Assembly (NCBI RefSeq): GCF_001194135.2 | Contig: NC_068983.1 | Location: 15,094,081 to 15,141,793, forward strand | DNA length: 47,713 nucleotides | From: Octopus bimaculoides | Taxonomy: Eukaryota | Direction of reading: 5' to 3' | In this document: piece by piece, positions 12,964 through 25,023 of the stretch | Layout: the number at the start of each line of letters is the position of its first letter | Numbering within the stretch: the stretch's first letter is position 1 | Notes under the pieces: generated by a model | Database searches by the model: none | What the model saw: the letters and a program-made list of their open reading frames with translations, nothing else | Told to the model about the DNA's origin: nothing | Program-made: the position numbers and the translations under genes

Positions 12964-13166
12964 CTGTTGTGTCTGGGGAGAGTCATTCTCTTTTGGTGCC
13001 TTAAAATTTAACACACTCACCGGTAAAATTTCCACTTATTTCTTATTTTTATTTTCCTAAAATTTTCGTTGCGTCTTGCAACCTTATCAATAGTCTTGAA
13101 ATTTTACCGGTGATTGTGTTAAATTTTAAGGCACAATAAGAAAATGACTGTCCCTAGACACAACAG
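12964..13166. mobile_element. ~69-bp inverted repeats enclosing a hammerhead-like motif (putative Penelope-like element remnant)
   Basis: Arms 12964-13032 and 13098-13166 are reverse complements with few mismatches. Confidence 0.55.
13056..13095 (-). ncRNA. Minimal hammerhead-like motif, U3-A8 variant
   Basis: Minus strand: cua UUGAUAA g guugc-aagac-gcaac GAAA AUUU uag; 5-bp stem II, 3-bp stem I, palindromic stem III. Confidence 0.4.
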
Positions 13167-13184
13167 TATATATATATATATATA

Positions 13185-13300
13185 AATCCACTCACTAAGC
13201 TTTGGTCGGTTCGAGGCTATAGTAGAAGGCACTCGCCCGATGTGGCACGCAGTGGAACTGAACTCTGGACCGTGTGGTTATGAAGCAAGCTTCTTACTAC
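13185..13300 (-). mobile_element. SINE family B head/core
   Basis: aaatccactcac..tttggtcgg.tcgaggctatagtagaag.cact..ggcacgcagtgg.actgaac. Confidence 0.8.
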
Positions 13301-14241
13301 AAAGACACTCCTTATTGACCCCCACCCAAAAATGTCTGGCAATCTGTTTAATCAACTGCCCCTCACTCCACCGATCTGTTCTGCCAATCCACGTTCGATG
13401 AAACATAAGCCACATCAATCTCACGTCCTGAAATATTTTTAGTTCGTTTCATCTTGGACGCTCCAATATCTTTTCTACTAACCTACAAATATTCCTTGTC
13501 GTAAGAAAACAATTCATAGACTGACCATTAATCTTATTGGGAAGTGAGCTGTATGTTGTATATATGGTAATTAGCAACGCTCTCGAAATATTCTTTTGGA
13601 TNNNNNNNNNNNNNNNNNNNNNNNNNNNNNNNNNNNNNNNNNNNNNNNNNNNNNNNNNNNNNNNNNNNNNNNNNNNNNNNNNNNNNNNNNNNNNNNNNNN
13701 NNNNNNNNNNNNNNNNNNNNNNNNNNNNNNNNNNNNNNNNNNNNNNNNNNNNNNNNNNNNNNNNNNNNNNNNNNNNNNNNNNNNNNNNNNNNNNNNNNNN
13801 NNNNNNNNNNNNNNNNNNNNNNNNNNNNNNNNNNNNNNNNNNNNNNNNNNNNNNNNNNNNNNNNNNNNNNNNNNNNNNNNNNNNNNNNNNNNNNNNNNNN
13901 NNNNNNNNNNNNNNNNNNNNNNNNNNNNNNNNNNNNNNNNNNNNNNNNNNNNNNNNNNNNNNNNNNNNNNNNNNNNNNNNNNNNNNNNNNNNNNNNNNNN
14001 NNNNNNNNNNNNNNNNNNNNNNNNNNNNNNNNNNNNNNNNNNNNNNNNNNNNNNNNNNNNNNNNNNNNNNNNNNNNNNNNNNNNNNNNNNNNNNNNNNNN
14101 NNNNNNNNNNNNNNNNNNNNNNNNNNNNNNNNNNNNNNNNNNNNNNNNNNNNNNNNNNNNNNNNNNNNNNNNNNNNNNNNNNNNNNNNNNNNNNNNNNNN
14201 NNNNNNNNNNNNNNNNNNNNNNNNNNNNNNNNNNNNNNNNN

Positions 14242-14282
<41 letters not shown>

Positions 14283-15322
14283 TGTATGTATGATTATATG
14301 TATGCTTATATATACACGCATACATACATACATATATATATATATACATACATATATATACATATATGTTCATGTATATATATATATATTGTATATGTAT
14401 GCTTATACATACATACATATATACATATATATGCATGTATATGTGTGTTTATGCGCGTGTGTGTATGTCTGTGTGCATTTCTTCATTTGTACCTAAGAAA
14501 CACATCATTCTAAACCAAACCAGCATCACGTTTTAACCTACGATTAATATTATAAAAATATTTATACTTTGGGATTTGTTTATCTCAACTATCAATTATT
14601 CGGAGATATCTCTCCAAGGTGTTAATCTACAATGAAAACAAACCCTTGTTTGCATTCGCGTACGTTTATAAGTTATAAGCCGATCTAATCAGTGAGTTTT
14701 TCTGCGTTTTGTCCCTTGTTACGTCTTTTGTTTTTCTTTTTGTTTCTGTTTGCCAGATAGTAAAATAAGTATATTTGTGAACATGAGTGCGTGCTTATGC
14801 ATGCATATGTTTGTGTATGTGTGTGTGTGAATGAACAGGGAGTGAGAATCGGATAAAGAGTTTATAGTATGTGTAAGCATACATAAACACTATACGGTGT
14901 TTTTATAGCTTATAAGCCTAAGCGACCTAGTCCGATGCTGATCTGGCACATAAAATATAATACGAAACAACTTTGCATTTATGTGTGATTAGGTGTGGCG
15001 ATGTGTTCGTGTTGCTGGTGTTCGAGATCAGACTGATATCCATGCGCGGCGTATTGTTGATTATTGGGTCAATCTCCATTGACACTTAGTTTGCTCTCTG
15101 TTAAAGGCACTACTTTTATGCTTTTGCGTACGTATGTATGATGTGCATATATGTATGAATGCATATATAGCAGGCAACCCCTAGCTGGAAATTCTGTTAT
15201 ATATATACACACACATCTATATNNNNNNNNNNNNNNNNNNNNNNNNNNNNNNNNNNNNNNNNNNNNNNNNNNNNNNNNNNNNNNNNNNNNNNNNNNNNNN
15301 NNNNNNNNNNNNNNNNNNNNNN

Positions 15323-15364
<42 letters not shown>

Positions 15365-15654
15365 ACATATTAATTTATATATACATATATATAACATACA
15401 CTATACATTCATGCACGAATCTATATATTTATATGTATACGTATACAATGTGTAGATAACATGCATGCGTATAAATTATGTAGATAATTAAATGTATATA
15501 TGCATTAATTAACATGCTCCTCAATTGTTTTTTTCTCCACGACACAGATTACTTATGTTCTCATTATTTCAATTAGTGAAATTGATTTATAATTACATGC
15601 TTTTATTCATTTAATATACACATCGATTGACATATATTATTTTTGTTTTGTCTT

Positions 15655-15905
15655 TTATCTGCTTCAGTCATTAGAAAGCGGCCATGCAGGTGGGAGACAA
15701 ACACAAACACAAAGACACGCACACACGCATACATACATACATACATACATACATACATACATACATAACACACTTTCACTTTCATTTTCTGCCTACCAAA
15801 TCCACTCACAAGACTCTGGTTGGCCCGAGGCCATAGCAGAAGACGCCCAAGGTGCCACGCAGTAGGACTGAACCCAGAATCATGACGGTGAGAAGCAAGC
15901 CACGC
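15655..15905 (-). mobile_element. SINE family B with internal deletion and (TACA)n expansion
   Basis: Family B tail and head motifs flank (TACA)n. Confidence 0.75.
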
Positions 15906-16139
15906 CTATATTTATACATTTTGCTTTCACTTTCCCTTTATATTTTCACCTTACTCATTCTTCATTCCAAATCACAGTGTTGAATACTTATCCTCACTGA
16001 TCTAGAAGCCACTTGATGTGACTCTTAGGTATCAGTCTGCCAACCGGCTTTTTCTGTACAGTCATGCTGCCACGTGGTGCGTCTTTTTTTTTTTTCTTTG
16101 CAGCGCTTCTTGCTTCTCCCCTGTTCATCGAGTTATGCC

Positions 16140-16420
16140 ATGGATGAAACGAAGAAACAGAGTGCTTCCATGAAATTCTGTTTTCTGCTGAGGAAGCCGG
16201 CGGCTGAAACAGTTGTCATGCTTCAAACAGCTTGCAAAGACGCTGCCATGAGCAAAACACAAGTTTACGAGTGGTTTTAACGCTTTATGAATGGTCACTT
16301 GTCGCTTGGAGACCGACCTCGGTTAGAGCCACCGTCAACCTCCCGAACGAATGAAAAACTTACGAAAATTCTTGAACTGATCTTGGAGGAATGTCGCCGA
16401 ACAGTTGAACTTGTTGATAA
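16140..16420 (+). pseudogene. Mariner transposase N-terminal (HTH) fragment
   Basis: MDETKKQSASMKFCFLLRKPAAETVVMLQTACKDAAMSKTQVYEWF*RFMNGHLSLGDRPR matches the mariner pattern KFCF.LGK.A.ET..ML..AY...MS..QVYEWF.RFK.G..SLED.PR.GRP; internal stop, truncated. Confidence 0.85.
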
Positions 16421-16988
16421 GAATTAAAATAAATCATAGTCACAGGAAGCATTTACCTTATTTCTAACAATACTGGTGTTGATTAGTATCCTCAGTCAAT
16501 TTAGTGACGTATATATTTCAGCCATTCGGTTGTAAAATGCAAACAAGCGATCCTTATTATTTATAATTTTCACTTTTACCGTTTAGGAAATCGGCGTACG
16601 AGAATCTTATAAACTGACGAGGCGAATTGAATCTAACCCAAGGCGGTAGGTGAGAGTCACCGATGGGAATTAATATAAATGTGAAATCACTGTGATCTGG
16701 TTATGCCTATCCGCTGAGGGAGCTTGCCTCCCTTGTCAAGCATTAAGATAAGTGCATCTTGTAGCTATGAGTTGTTTTAACTTGTATTTCTAGCAATACT
16801 GGTGCTGTCATTTTGAGAGAGAGATAGACAAAGAGAGAGGTACATAGATATATAGATATAGATATATAGATATAGATATACATGCATAAAAATATATATG
16901 AGTATTTACATATACGCACATGATTAAATAGATATATATGTGTATAAGTAAATATATATATATGCGTATATATATATATATATATATA

Positions 16989-17115
16989 CAGGGTGTCTAC
17001 AAAGTCTGGGTACATGAGGATTAACACATACTTTAAGAAATTATTATTTCTTATACTTAATTGTTTATGTCATGATTTTATTTACTCCATGTACCCACAC
17101 CTTGTGGACACGCTG
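16989..17115. mobile_element. 127-bp Tc1/mariner-type MITE in (TA)n
   Basis: TIRs cagggtgtctacaaagtctgggtacatg / catgtacccacaccttgtggacacgctg, with TA on both sides. Confidence 0.8.
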
Positions 17116-17159
17116 TATATATATATACACACACACACACATATACACATATATTTTTT

Positions 17160-17575
17160 TAATTCTTTTACTTGTTTCAGTCATTTAACTGTCGCCATGC
17201 TGGAGTACCGCCTTATATGCCATTTGTTTAGTAGAAGAAATCGATCCTAGGACTCATTCTTTGTAAACCTGGTACTTATTTTATCGGTATTTAGGCCGGA
17301 CCACTACGCTACGGGGACGTAAACACACTAATATCGGTTGTCAAGTGATGGCGGGGGGACAAACACAGATACAAGCACACATAGAGACACACACACACAC
17401 ACACACACATATATACATAATGGGTTTCTTTCAGTTTTCGCCTTCCAAATCTACTAACAAGGCTTCGGTCGGACCGTGGCTATATTTAGAAGACACTTTC
17501 CCAAGCTGCTACGCAGTGTGACTGAACCCGGAACCTCGTCATTGACAAGTAAGTTTCTTACCACACAGCCACGCA
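17160..17575 (-). mobile_element. SINE family B, full length
   Basis: All family B modules present on the minus strand. Confidence 0.85.
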
Positions 17576-18149
17576 TAGTTATATAAAAACAGTTAAACAA
17601 TAATTTAATAATCTTTCGAAGAAACTATCACCCTTCGTCAAAGCAAGACATTCATAAATATATAGATAGAAATTGTATTTTACATATTCTATTGTTATAG
17701 CTTTTTCATAATATATTTTCTGTTTCACTGTCACTTAATTGGTAAGACTTATAACTAAACTGTTTAAAACGTTATTAATTTGAAGTAATTACTGTTTCTT
17801 AATTAACGAAACACTACAATATTTTTCTGTTGCTGATATTTATTTCATAATCCATTTTGAACTTTACTTATCTATTTGATATAGATAAGTTTAATTTCAG
17901 GTCTCGTACTGGTTGAACCGATCAAACTCTAACCTTTTTCACCTTAGTAAAAATGTATTTATCGTCATGTATATTTAATAATTGTTTCCAATGTTGGCAC
18001 AAGTGGAGCAATTTTGAAGACGTGTGGCCTTGTGGGTTGTATGTTACACTTACGATCGCTCGATCGTGGTTTCGATTCCCGAAACGAGAGGCAAGTTGTG
18101 GTTTTAAGCAAAACACCTCATTTCGCGTCACTTTGAAGGTAGAAGGGTG

Positions 18150-18420
18150 GCAGAAATGCTTTGGGGGTTTATCCTGTGGCTCTCTACATTCTGAGTTCAA
18201 ATCCCACCTGCCCGGAGAAGGCAACATGAAACAACTCCAGTACTCATCCCAAGTGTAACCACGGTAGCCGAATTTCCAGTAGCCTACTCAACTGTGCAAC
18301 GAAGGTGAACATTTTGCCTTTTATCCATTAGTACCAGTTGAGTGTTGGGGTCGATGTAATCGGCATAATTCCTCTACTGCAAAATGTATGGCCTTGGGCT
18401 AAAATTTGAAACTGCTATTT
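18150..18420 (+). mobile_element. Diverged SINE A carrying a ~90-bp insertion (18209-18300)
   Basis: ttctgagttcaaatcccacc[insert]gaaggt..ttttgccttttatcc..agtaccagttgag..ggggtcgatgtaatc. Confidence 0.65.
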
Positions 18421-18489
18421 ATCTACTTTGATTTCCACTGCTGGAAACAATTTATTTTGTATCACTTGAAGTTTCTAAAATTCGTGGTT

Positions 18490-18796
18490 AGAAGTTACAT
18501 CCTCGTAACCTAGCGGCTCGGCAAAAGAAAACCGATAGAATGAGTACCGGTTCAAAAGAAAAGTAATTACTGAGGTCGATGGGTTCGACTAAAATTCTTC
18601 AAGGTGGTGCCCCAGCATGGCCGCAGTCTGACTGAAACAAGAAAAAAATTAAGACAAACAAGGTGCAGGCGTGGGTGTGTGGTGAGAAGCATCCTTCCCA
18701 ACCACATGGTTCCGGGTTCAGTCCACTGCATGGAACCTGGGGCCGACCAATGCCTTGTGAGTGGATTTGGTAGACGGAAACTGAAAGAAGCCCGTC

Positions 18797-18841
<45 letters not shown>

Positions 18842-19070
18842 TAATGTGTGTGTGTGCGCGGGTGTATTTACGTGTATGTCTGTGTTTGTCTCCATACCAT
18901 ATCTTGACAGCCGATGTTGGTGTGCTTACGGCCCCGTAACTTAAAGGTTTGGCAAAAGAGACTGATATAACAAGTACTAGGCTTACAAAGAGTAAGTCCT
19001 GAGGTCGATTTGTTCGACTAAAGGCGGTGCTCTAGCATGACCGTAATCAAATGCCTGAAACAAGAGAAAC
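18490..19070 (+). mobile_element. SINE B 3' fragment followed by a near-full SINE B
   Basis: Family B tail at 18490-18655, then head, core, (TA)n and tail at 18660-19070. Confidence 0.85.
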
Positions 19071-19277
19071 GAAAGAAAAACATGCAATGTTCACGTGTAA
19101 GATGAAGCTTTTAAAATGGATGGGGAAAATTCGAAGTGTTCCTGTTGTATCATGGTAGCAGGTTTCTCATTTCCACACAAGTCGTTGGTTCGTGTCCCAC
19201 TGGCAGTTTTCGACTATTTTCCATCTATGCGGATTTCCAACACAATATTCTATAAGCTATTATTAATATCTTTATTA

Positions 19278-19545
19278 AGGCGGTGAGCTAGCAGAATCGT
19301 TAGTACGCCGAGCGAAATGCTTAGCAGTATTTCGTCTATCTTTACGTTCCTAGTTCAAATTTCGCCGAGATCAACTTTGCCTTTCATCCTTTCGTGGTCG
19401 ATAAGTTAAGTACCAGTGAAGCACTGGGGTCGATGTAATCGAATAATCCCCTCCTCCAAAATTTCAGGCCTTGTGCTTATAATAGAAAAGGTTCTTAATA
19501 TTTTTATTAAGGTGGCAAGATGGCAGAACCGTTAGCACGCTGGAC
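19278..19545 (+). mobile_element. SINE family A full monomer plus head of another
   Basis: ggcggtgagctagcagaatcgttagtacgccg..aaaatttcaggccttgtgc. Confidence 0.85.
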
Positions 19546-19693
19546 GAAAGAGTCGCGTTTTTTTGTGACCGAGTAATTCAATTGGATTTATTTAATTGTT
19601 GGGTGAACCTATTGTGAAACATTATCGTTGAATTTTTGAATTATTTGTTACTGTTCTTTTGCCAGTATATTATATTTGTTTTCCTCACCATTT

Positions 19694-20580
19694 ATGGGTG
19701 AAGTAGGAGAAAGAATGGAGAGTGAACCGACCGGAAGCTATGCTACAGCCATTGGAAGGAGTTTAACAGCAGATGTGTTGCAGGTGTGAGAAATTAAAAT
19801 GGATTAGTGGAGGTTGAAAGAATTCAACAAGCTCTTGGAAAAGGATGGTACCAGCCTAAAGTTAACACCACCAGAAGGATCTACAGCAAATATAATGAAG
19901 CGGACAGTGGTATATAGAACACTGTCCCTGAAGTCAAAGAAAATTGAAATAGTCACCGTGGAGGCTATAGAAGAATGCATAAAAGAGGTGAAGAGCCTCA
20001 CAACATTTTATAGAAGAGGGAAGAAGTACGGCACAGTGGAGATGAGATTCGCCAATGAGCATGAAGCGATGAACCACTCCACTGTGGCGCTGAGAACACC
20101 AGAGTGAGCACTTCTGCCGACCTACTGTGGCAGACGTGTGGCCAGAGTAAGGCTCGGTAGAGTGCCCCCTGAGATCGAAGAAGAGTGGCTGGTGGCAGCC
20201 ATCCTTTTCAACATGGAAGAAGTAAAGGTACTAAAAGTAATAAAAATGTGAGAGGTGAACTGAAGGGGAAATGGACTGGAGGTGTCGATCCAGGTCAGTT
20301 TGCCGGACCTTCAAAACATAGTAGAGGAGGTGAAACTGCTCGAAGATATGACATGGAGAGTGTTGGTGGAGGAAAGACATCCAACCTGCTACCAGTGAGG
20401 AGTACGGGGACACATGAGGGCAAAGGGTCTCCAGAAACACAACGAAGATGTAATGGAACAGGAGCAATAGAGTGAGAAGGAACATAACGACCAAGAGCAA
20501 GTCCCAGTATGTGAAAAGAGTTCAGAAAATGTGGAGGAACAAGTGCTGGTGAAGATGACAGTTCTATATTTAAGAGATGA
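19694..20580 (+). pseudogene. L1/Tx1-clade LINE ORF1 (gag-like) pseudogene
   Basis: One frame from ATG 19694 with several stops: MGEVGERMES..RTVVYRTLSLK..FYRRGKKYGTVEMRF..PTYCGRRVARVRLGRVPPEIEEEWL..VLVEERHPTCYQ*GVRGHMRAK, a decayed CX2CX4HX4C knuckle after VxGRxP, typical of L1/Tx1 ORF1. Confidence 0.8.
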
Positions 20581-20584
20581 GGAA

Positions 20585-20700
20585 TTATGTACATTATTTA
20601 CATTGTTTACATTATTTACATTTGATGGATATTTGTCCTCATCTTGTTTCTTGTTAACACAACGTTTCGGCTGATATAACCTCCAGGGTGTCGAGAAAGG
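20585..20700 (-). mobile_element. Penelope-like terminal-repeat fragment with a broken hammerhead
   Basis: Minus strand acacc-cuggagguuauaucagcc-GAAAC-GUU-gugu keeps the 3' half-core and stem I (acac/gugu) but lacks CUGANGA; preceded by a 9-bp tandem (tacattatt) x4. Confidence 0.5.
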
Positions 20701-20819
20701 CCTGGTTGGAGGCCGAACATTCCGAGTTCTTTTAGAGGGCTCAGAAAAATTGAAGGACCACTGCAATCAATGTGTGAATTTGAGAGAGGAATATATTGAA
20801 TAAAATCATAGACAGGATC

Positions 20820-20990
20820 GTAAGGCTTCTGAACCAAATGCTTCCGGCTTTACGTATTAAGTTTAAAACCCACCGAGGTTGATTTTGTGTTCTTGCTCTT
20901 TAAAGCTTGATAAAATAAATATGATTCGGTGCTGGAGTCAGTATAACCGAGTCCCTCTTAGACCACTGGCTTTGGGCCAAAAATAAGAAG
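20820..20990 (+). mobile_element. Diverged SINE A
   Basis: aaatgcttc..tttacgtatt.agtttaaaacccaccgaggttgattttg. Confidence 0.6.
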
Positions 20991-21075
20991 CATTTATTAT
21001 TTTAAACTATATTCTCCTCCCATTTTGTCAATCAAGTGGGATTTTTTCATATTAGATTTCAGTGTTAGTATCTTA

Positions 21076-21250
21076 AAAACACCGATAATAAATGTCAAAA
21101 CTGTCAAAACACCGATAACAAATGTCAAAACTGTCAAAACACCGATAATAAATGTCAAAACTGTCAAAACATCGATAACAAATGTCAAAACTGTCAAAAC
21201 ACCGATAATAAATGTCGAAACTGTCAAAACACGGATAATAAATGTCAAAA
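21076..21250. repeat. 30-bp minisatellite, ~5.8 copies
   Basis: Unit aaaacaccgataa(t/c)aaatgtcaaaactgtc. Confidence 0.95.
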
Positions 21251-21909
21251 ATTGTATTTTTTTTCTTGCTCCAACCTGCCAAAGCTTTTCAAACTATTGT
21301 AAAATATTACCAAAAATTGCCACTGGTTGGCATTGGATTCCTTTCATTCAACAGTGGCACCCACAGATGGCGGGCTAGTTTGAGAGTCGTACATCATCTT
21401 AGAATATGGATCAAGAACTGTTTCCAATTTGTCATAAGAAGTATTAAGGTGGTCAGTCTTAACACCACTTTTTATAGTTATTTCTTTTTCAGTCAACGTC
21501 CATTTCGAAACACTTTTCAAACAAAAATGCTTAGCTTTAAACATTAAAAAATATCTTAAGAGCGTCAGTTTTTGTTATCTCTACAACAAATCAAAACTAT
21601 TTTATATATTTTCCTTATCTCTTCATCTGCATTACTGAAGCTTTTATTTATTTATTTATTTATTTATTTACTTTTTGCAAATACTTATGTCTCGTGTATG
21701 CATATGTACGATATTTCTTTGACAGAATTCAAGCCGGTTGCTAACAAAACAACAAGACGTTTTGAGTTAAGAGAGTTCCCGGTATTTATACACAGTGTGA
21801 TTGGGAGAGAGATTCTGCTTGAACATATAACGGACGAACGATAAAAAAAAGATAAGAGACTGTATAGAAGAACAGTAAAATGGAACTACGAGCTTTGGGA
21901 GGCTCGTAA

Positions 21910-22010
21910 GCCATTTCATTACGCACTGGGGTCGATGTAATCGACTTAATCCCTTTGTCTGTCCTTGTTTGTCCCTTCTATGTTTAGCCCCTTGTGGGCA
22001 ATAAAGAAAT
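21910..22010 (+). mobile_element. 5'-truncated SINE A tail
   Basis: ttacgcactggggtcgatgtaatcgacttaatccctttgtctgtccttg..gggcaataaagaaat. Confidence 0.85.
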
Positions 22011-22785
22011 ATATATATACGCACAAATTCCGGCTACCAAATTCCACACTCAAGATATTGACCAACACTTACTATTGAACACTGACGTTGAAAAATGTCA
22101 GTCTACTGTAAGATTCATTCACCAATGTGAAAACCATCTGGGATCAACCAACGTCTTTCTCTACTCGCAGTAAAAAAAAAAAAAAAAGAAACCCAGAAAG
22201 TTTCGATGTTAAATTCTAGCAGTGAGACATACTGAATGTTCACCTGCTGAACATGTCGATAGGATACAGGAAAGACACAGCGGTAGGCCAGGCAACAAGG
22301 TTAACAAAGAAACACCTGATACCATACAGAAACTAATTAAGATTGCACTTGAAGTCCAGGTGTGCATATATAATTGTTTTTCAAATACAATACAATAGAA
22401 CCTTATTTTTNNNNNNNNNNNNNNNNNNNNNNNNNNNNNNNNNNNNNNNNNNNNNNNNNNNNNNNNNNNNNNNNNNNNNNNNNNNNNNNNNNNNNNNNNN
22501 NNNNNNNNNNNNNNNNNNNNNNNNNNNNNNNNNNNNNNNNNNNNNNNNNNNNNNNNNNNNNNNATATATATATTTATATACATGTGTTTGTGTATGTATG
22601 TACACATATATGTGTGAGCTTGTATGTGTGTTAGCTATGTATATATTTATAAATAAAATCATACACACACACAGGTATATATGACTATGTACGAATATAT
22701 GTATGCTTACAATATACACGTTCCTTTTTTTTCCTGTTGATTCCATTTTTTTCTCGATCTAATTATAGAAGTATGCATATGCATG

Positions 22786-22834
<49 letters not shown>

Positions 22835-23635
22835 TCTCTTTCACACACACACGCACCCACACACACGCGCAAGCACGCACACATATATAGCTATAGAGAA
22901 TAATTAGGAAATATAAATATTTTATCTGAATTAGAACAAAAACTATTGCTGTTAATAGAAATGCATGCGTATGATATTAGTGATAAGTTGGAGAGAAGTG
23001 GAAATCTAAATGAGAGGTGTTTCTATGAAGTAATCTTAGTGCCACTGTCAAAGCCTTACACTTCACGAAGTTGGAATAGCAAGCTGGGTATTATACAAAT
23101 ATTGTTTTATGGCTTGCAACTGGGATGAATAAACGAAGATGGTTTCTTTAATGCAAGCTAAACTTGAACCAAAAATAGCATTGAATGTCTTCGAGGCAGT
23201 GAGTGATACACTAACTATCGTACTCGACGTGCAAGAATTAATAGCTAAATCAATTTCAAATTTTATTGTACTCTTTTGGGGGTTTGATCTCCTGCAAGTA
23301 CGAACCAAATCTCCCTCGACACCCACACTTAAACACACACGCACTTAGACACACGCGCACTCGCTCGTGCGCGCGCACACGCACATGCACACGATACAAT
23401 TTCGAATAGTAAGAACTCTGCTAGATTGCTACGAAATATTTACGTTAGAATAAAAGACGATACCGGAACACCTTCGACTGGATCACGCCTGACTTGGAGG
23501 TATTTCTTCCGTACCTTACGTATTTATGTTGCCTATCTTTAAACACTGGCTCAGGAACGAAATTTGCTTAGGAGGTGCAAACCCAGGTCTAAAATTTGTT
23601 TACAAATAAGGTCATGTTTTTTTTTAATATATATA

Positions 23636-24003
23636 TATTACCTCCACTTTAGTGAAGGCGGAGGTATTTTTTTCAGTAGTGTTTATTTGTTTGTCCGTGG
23701 ACAAGATATCTCGAGAACCGCTGAATGGATTCGGATGAAACCTTCAGGGATGTTTTGCCTCGTGACTGACACGAACTGATTAGTTTTTTGGACCGATCTG
23801 ATACCGGACAAGGATTCTGGATTATTTTTCCTGTCTTTTTTTTTACTTAATTTTTGAGAGCGGTCGGGTTAATTTTAAGTATTCTCGTTTGTGAGTGAAG
23901 TCGAGTCTATTTCAGATATTCTCACTTTAAAACTCATATCTGGAAAATCGTTGAGAGGACATTGGTGTTGCCTTGGCGGAGGTTTCTGCTGAGTGCTCTT
24001 ATT
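23636..24003 (+). mobile_element. Non-autonomous Helentron/HINE-like element
   Basis: 5' attacctccac..gcggaggt hairpin followed by a tttgtttgtcc tract; 3' ccttggcggaggt (inverted to the 5' acctcc.c) then a short tail before T-rich sequence. This is HINE/DINE-1-type architecture. Confidence 0.55.
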
Positions 24004-24439
24004 TATTCATGTTCTTTGTTCTTTAAGAGAAAACCTAATTCAAGCTACTTTTTACACAACACTTTTTACTGACTGTTTTCTAAACCTGAGGAAAGTAAGT
24101 AGGAGATGCAAATTTTCATTTTGTACTCCACAAGAGTTTTAGGGGCTCCAAGTGCTCCCCCTGCACCACCTGCTCCCGGGCCCATGTGTATGTGATTATT
24201 CAGTTTCATTTCTCAATTTCTTTCTCGCCAATGGACCTAACGTAGATCCAGGGTTTTCTCATTGGAATTTCAAACAACACCATCAAGATACATGTGCATG
24301 TTTGTGTGCCTATGAGTAAAGTTTTTGAGTCAGTGCATCTGAAGATTTTTATGTTTTGTTTTATGTATGTATTCTCATGCATATAATTGCACGTCTAGAC
24401 GTGTGCAGATGTACTGAAATGGTAAACCTCGGGAAATTT

Positions 24440-24790
24440 TACATATGGTTCCCGGTACAGTCCTACTGCGTTTCACATGGTTCCAGATTCCATCCCACAG
24501 CGTTGTAGCTTGTGAAAGTGTCTTCAACTATGGCATCGGGCTGACCAAAGCCTTGTGAGTGGAGTTATAGACGGAAACTGAAAGAAGCCTGTCGTGTGTG
24601 TGTCTATGTGTGTATTTATGTCTGTGTTTACATCTCCGTAACCTAGCGGTTCGGCGAAAGAAACCAATAGAATAAGTACTAGGCTTGAAATACTAATGCG
24701 TAGGGTTGATTTGTTCTACTAAAACCATTCAAGGCGGTGCTCCAGTATGGCAGTAGTCAAAACGATTGAAAGAAGTAAAAGAATAAAAGA
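24440..24790 (+). mobile_element. SINE family B (diverged, partly duplicated head)
   Basis: catatggttcccggtacagtcctactgcg..gaccaaagccttgtgagtgg..ggcggtgctccag. Confidence 0.8.
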
Positions 24791-25023
24791 AAATTTTGAC
24801 AATTCCATTCATGACTTTTGTCTAGACTCGTCTAATTAGTCTTCTGTATCCTAATTTTTGAAAACTCAAATTCTTGAAGATTGGCGCTGAGGCAGTTATT
24901 ACATATCCTCGTGTATGTGTGTGCATGTATGTATGTATGTATGTATGTATGTATGTATGTATGTATGCATGCATGCATGCACGCATGTATGTGTGTATGT
25001 ATGTATGTATGCATGTATGTATG

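Noticed and set aside
13310-13600. Minus-strand text vaguely like an RTE RT C-terminus
   Set aside because: Too degenerate; no diagnostic motif.
11935-21250. Tandem repeats considered as CRISPR arrays
   Set aside because: No unique spacers, no cas genes, eukaryotic context.
23139-23348. Protein-like ORF MVSLMQAKLEPKIALNVFEAV..
   Set aside because: Short, unrecognised, no splice support.
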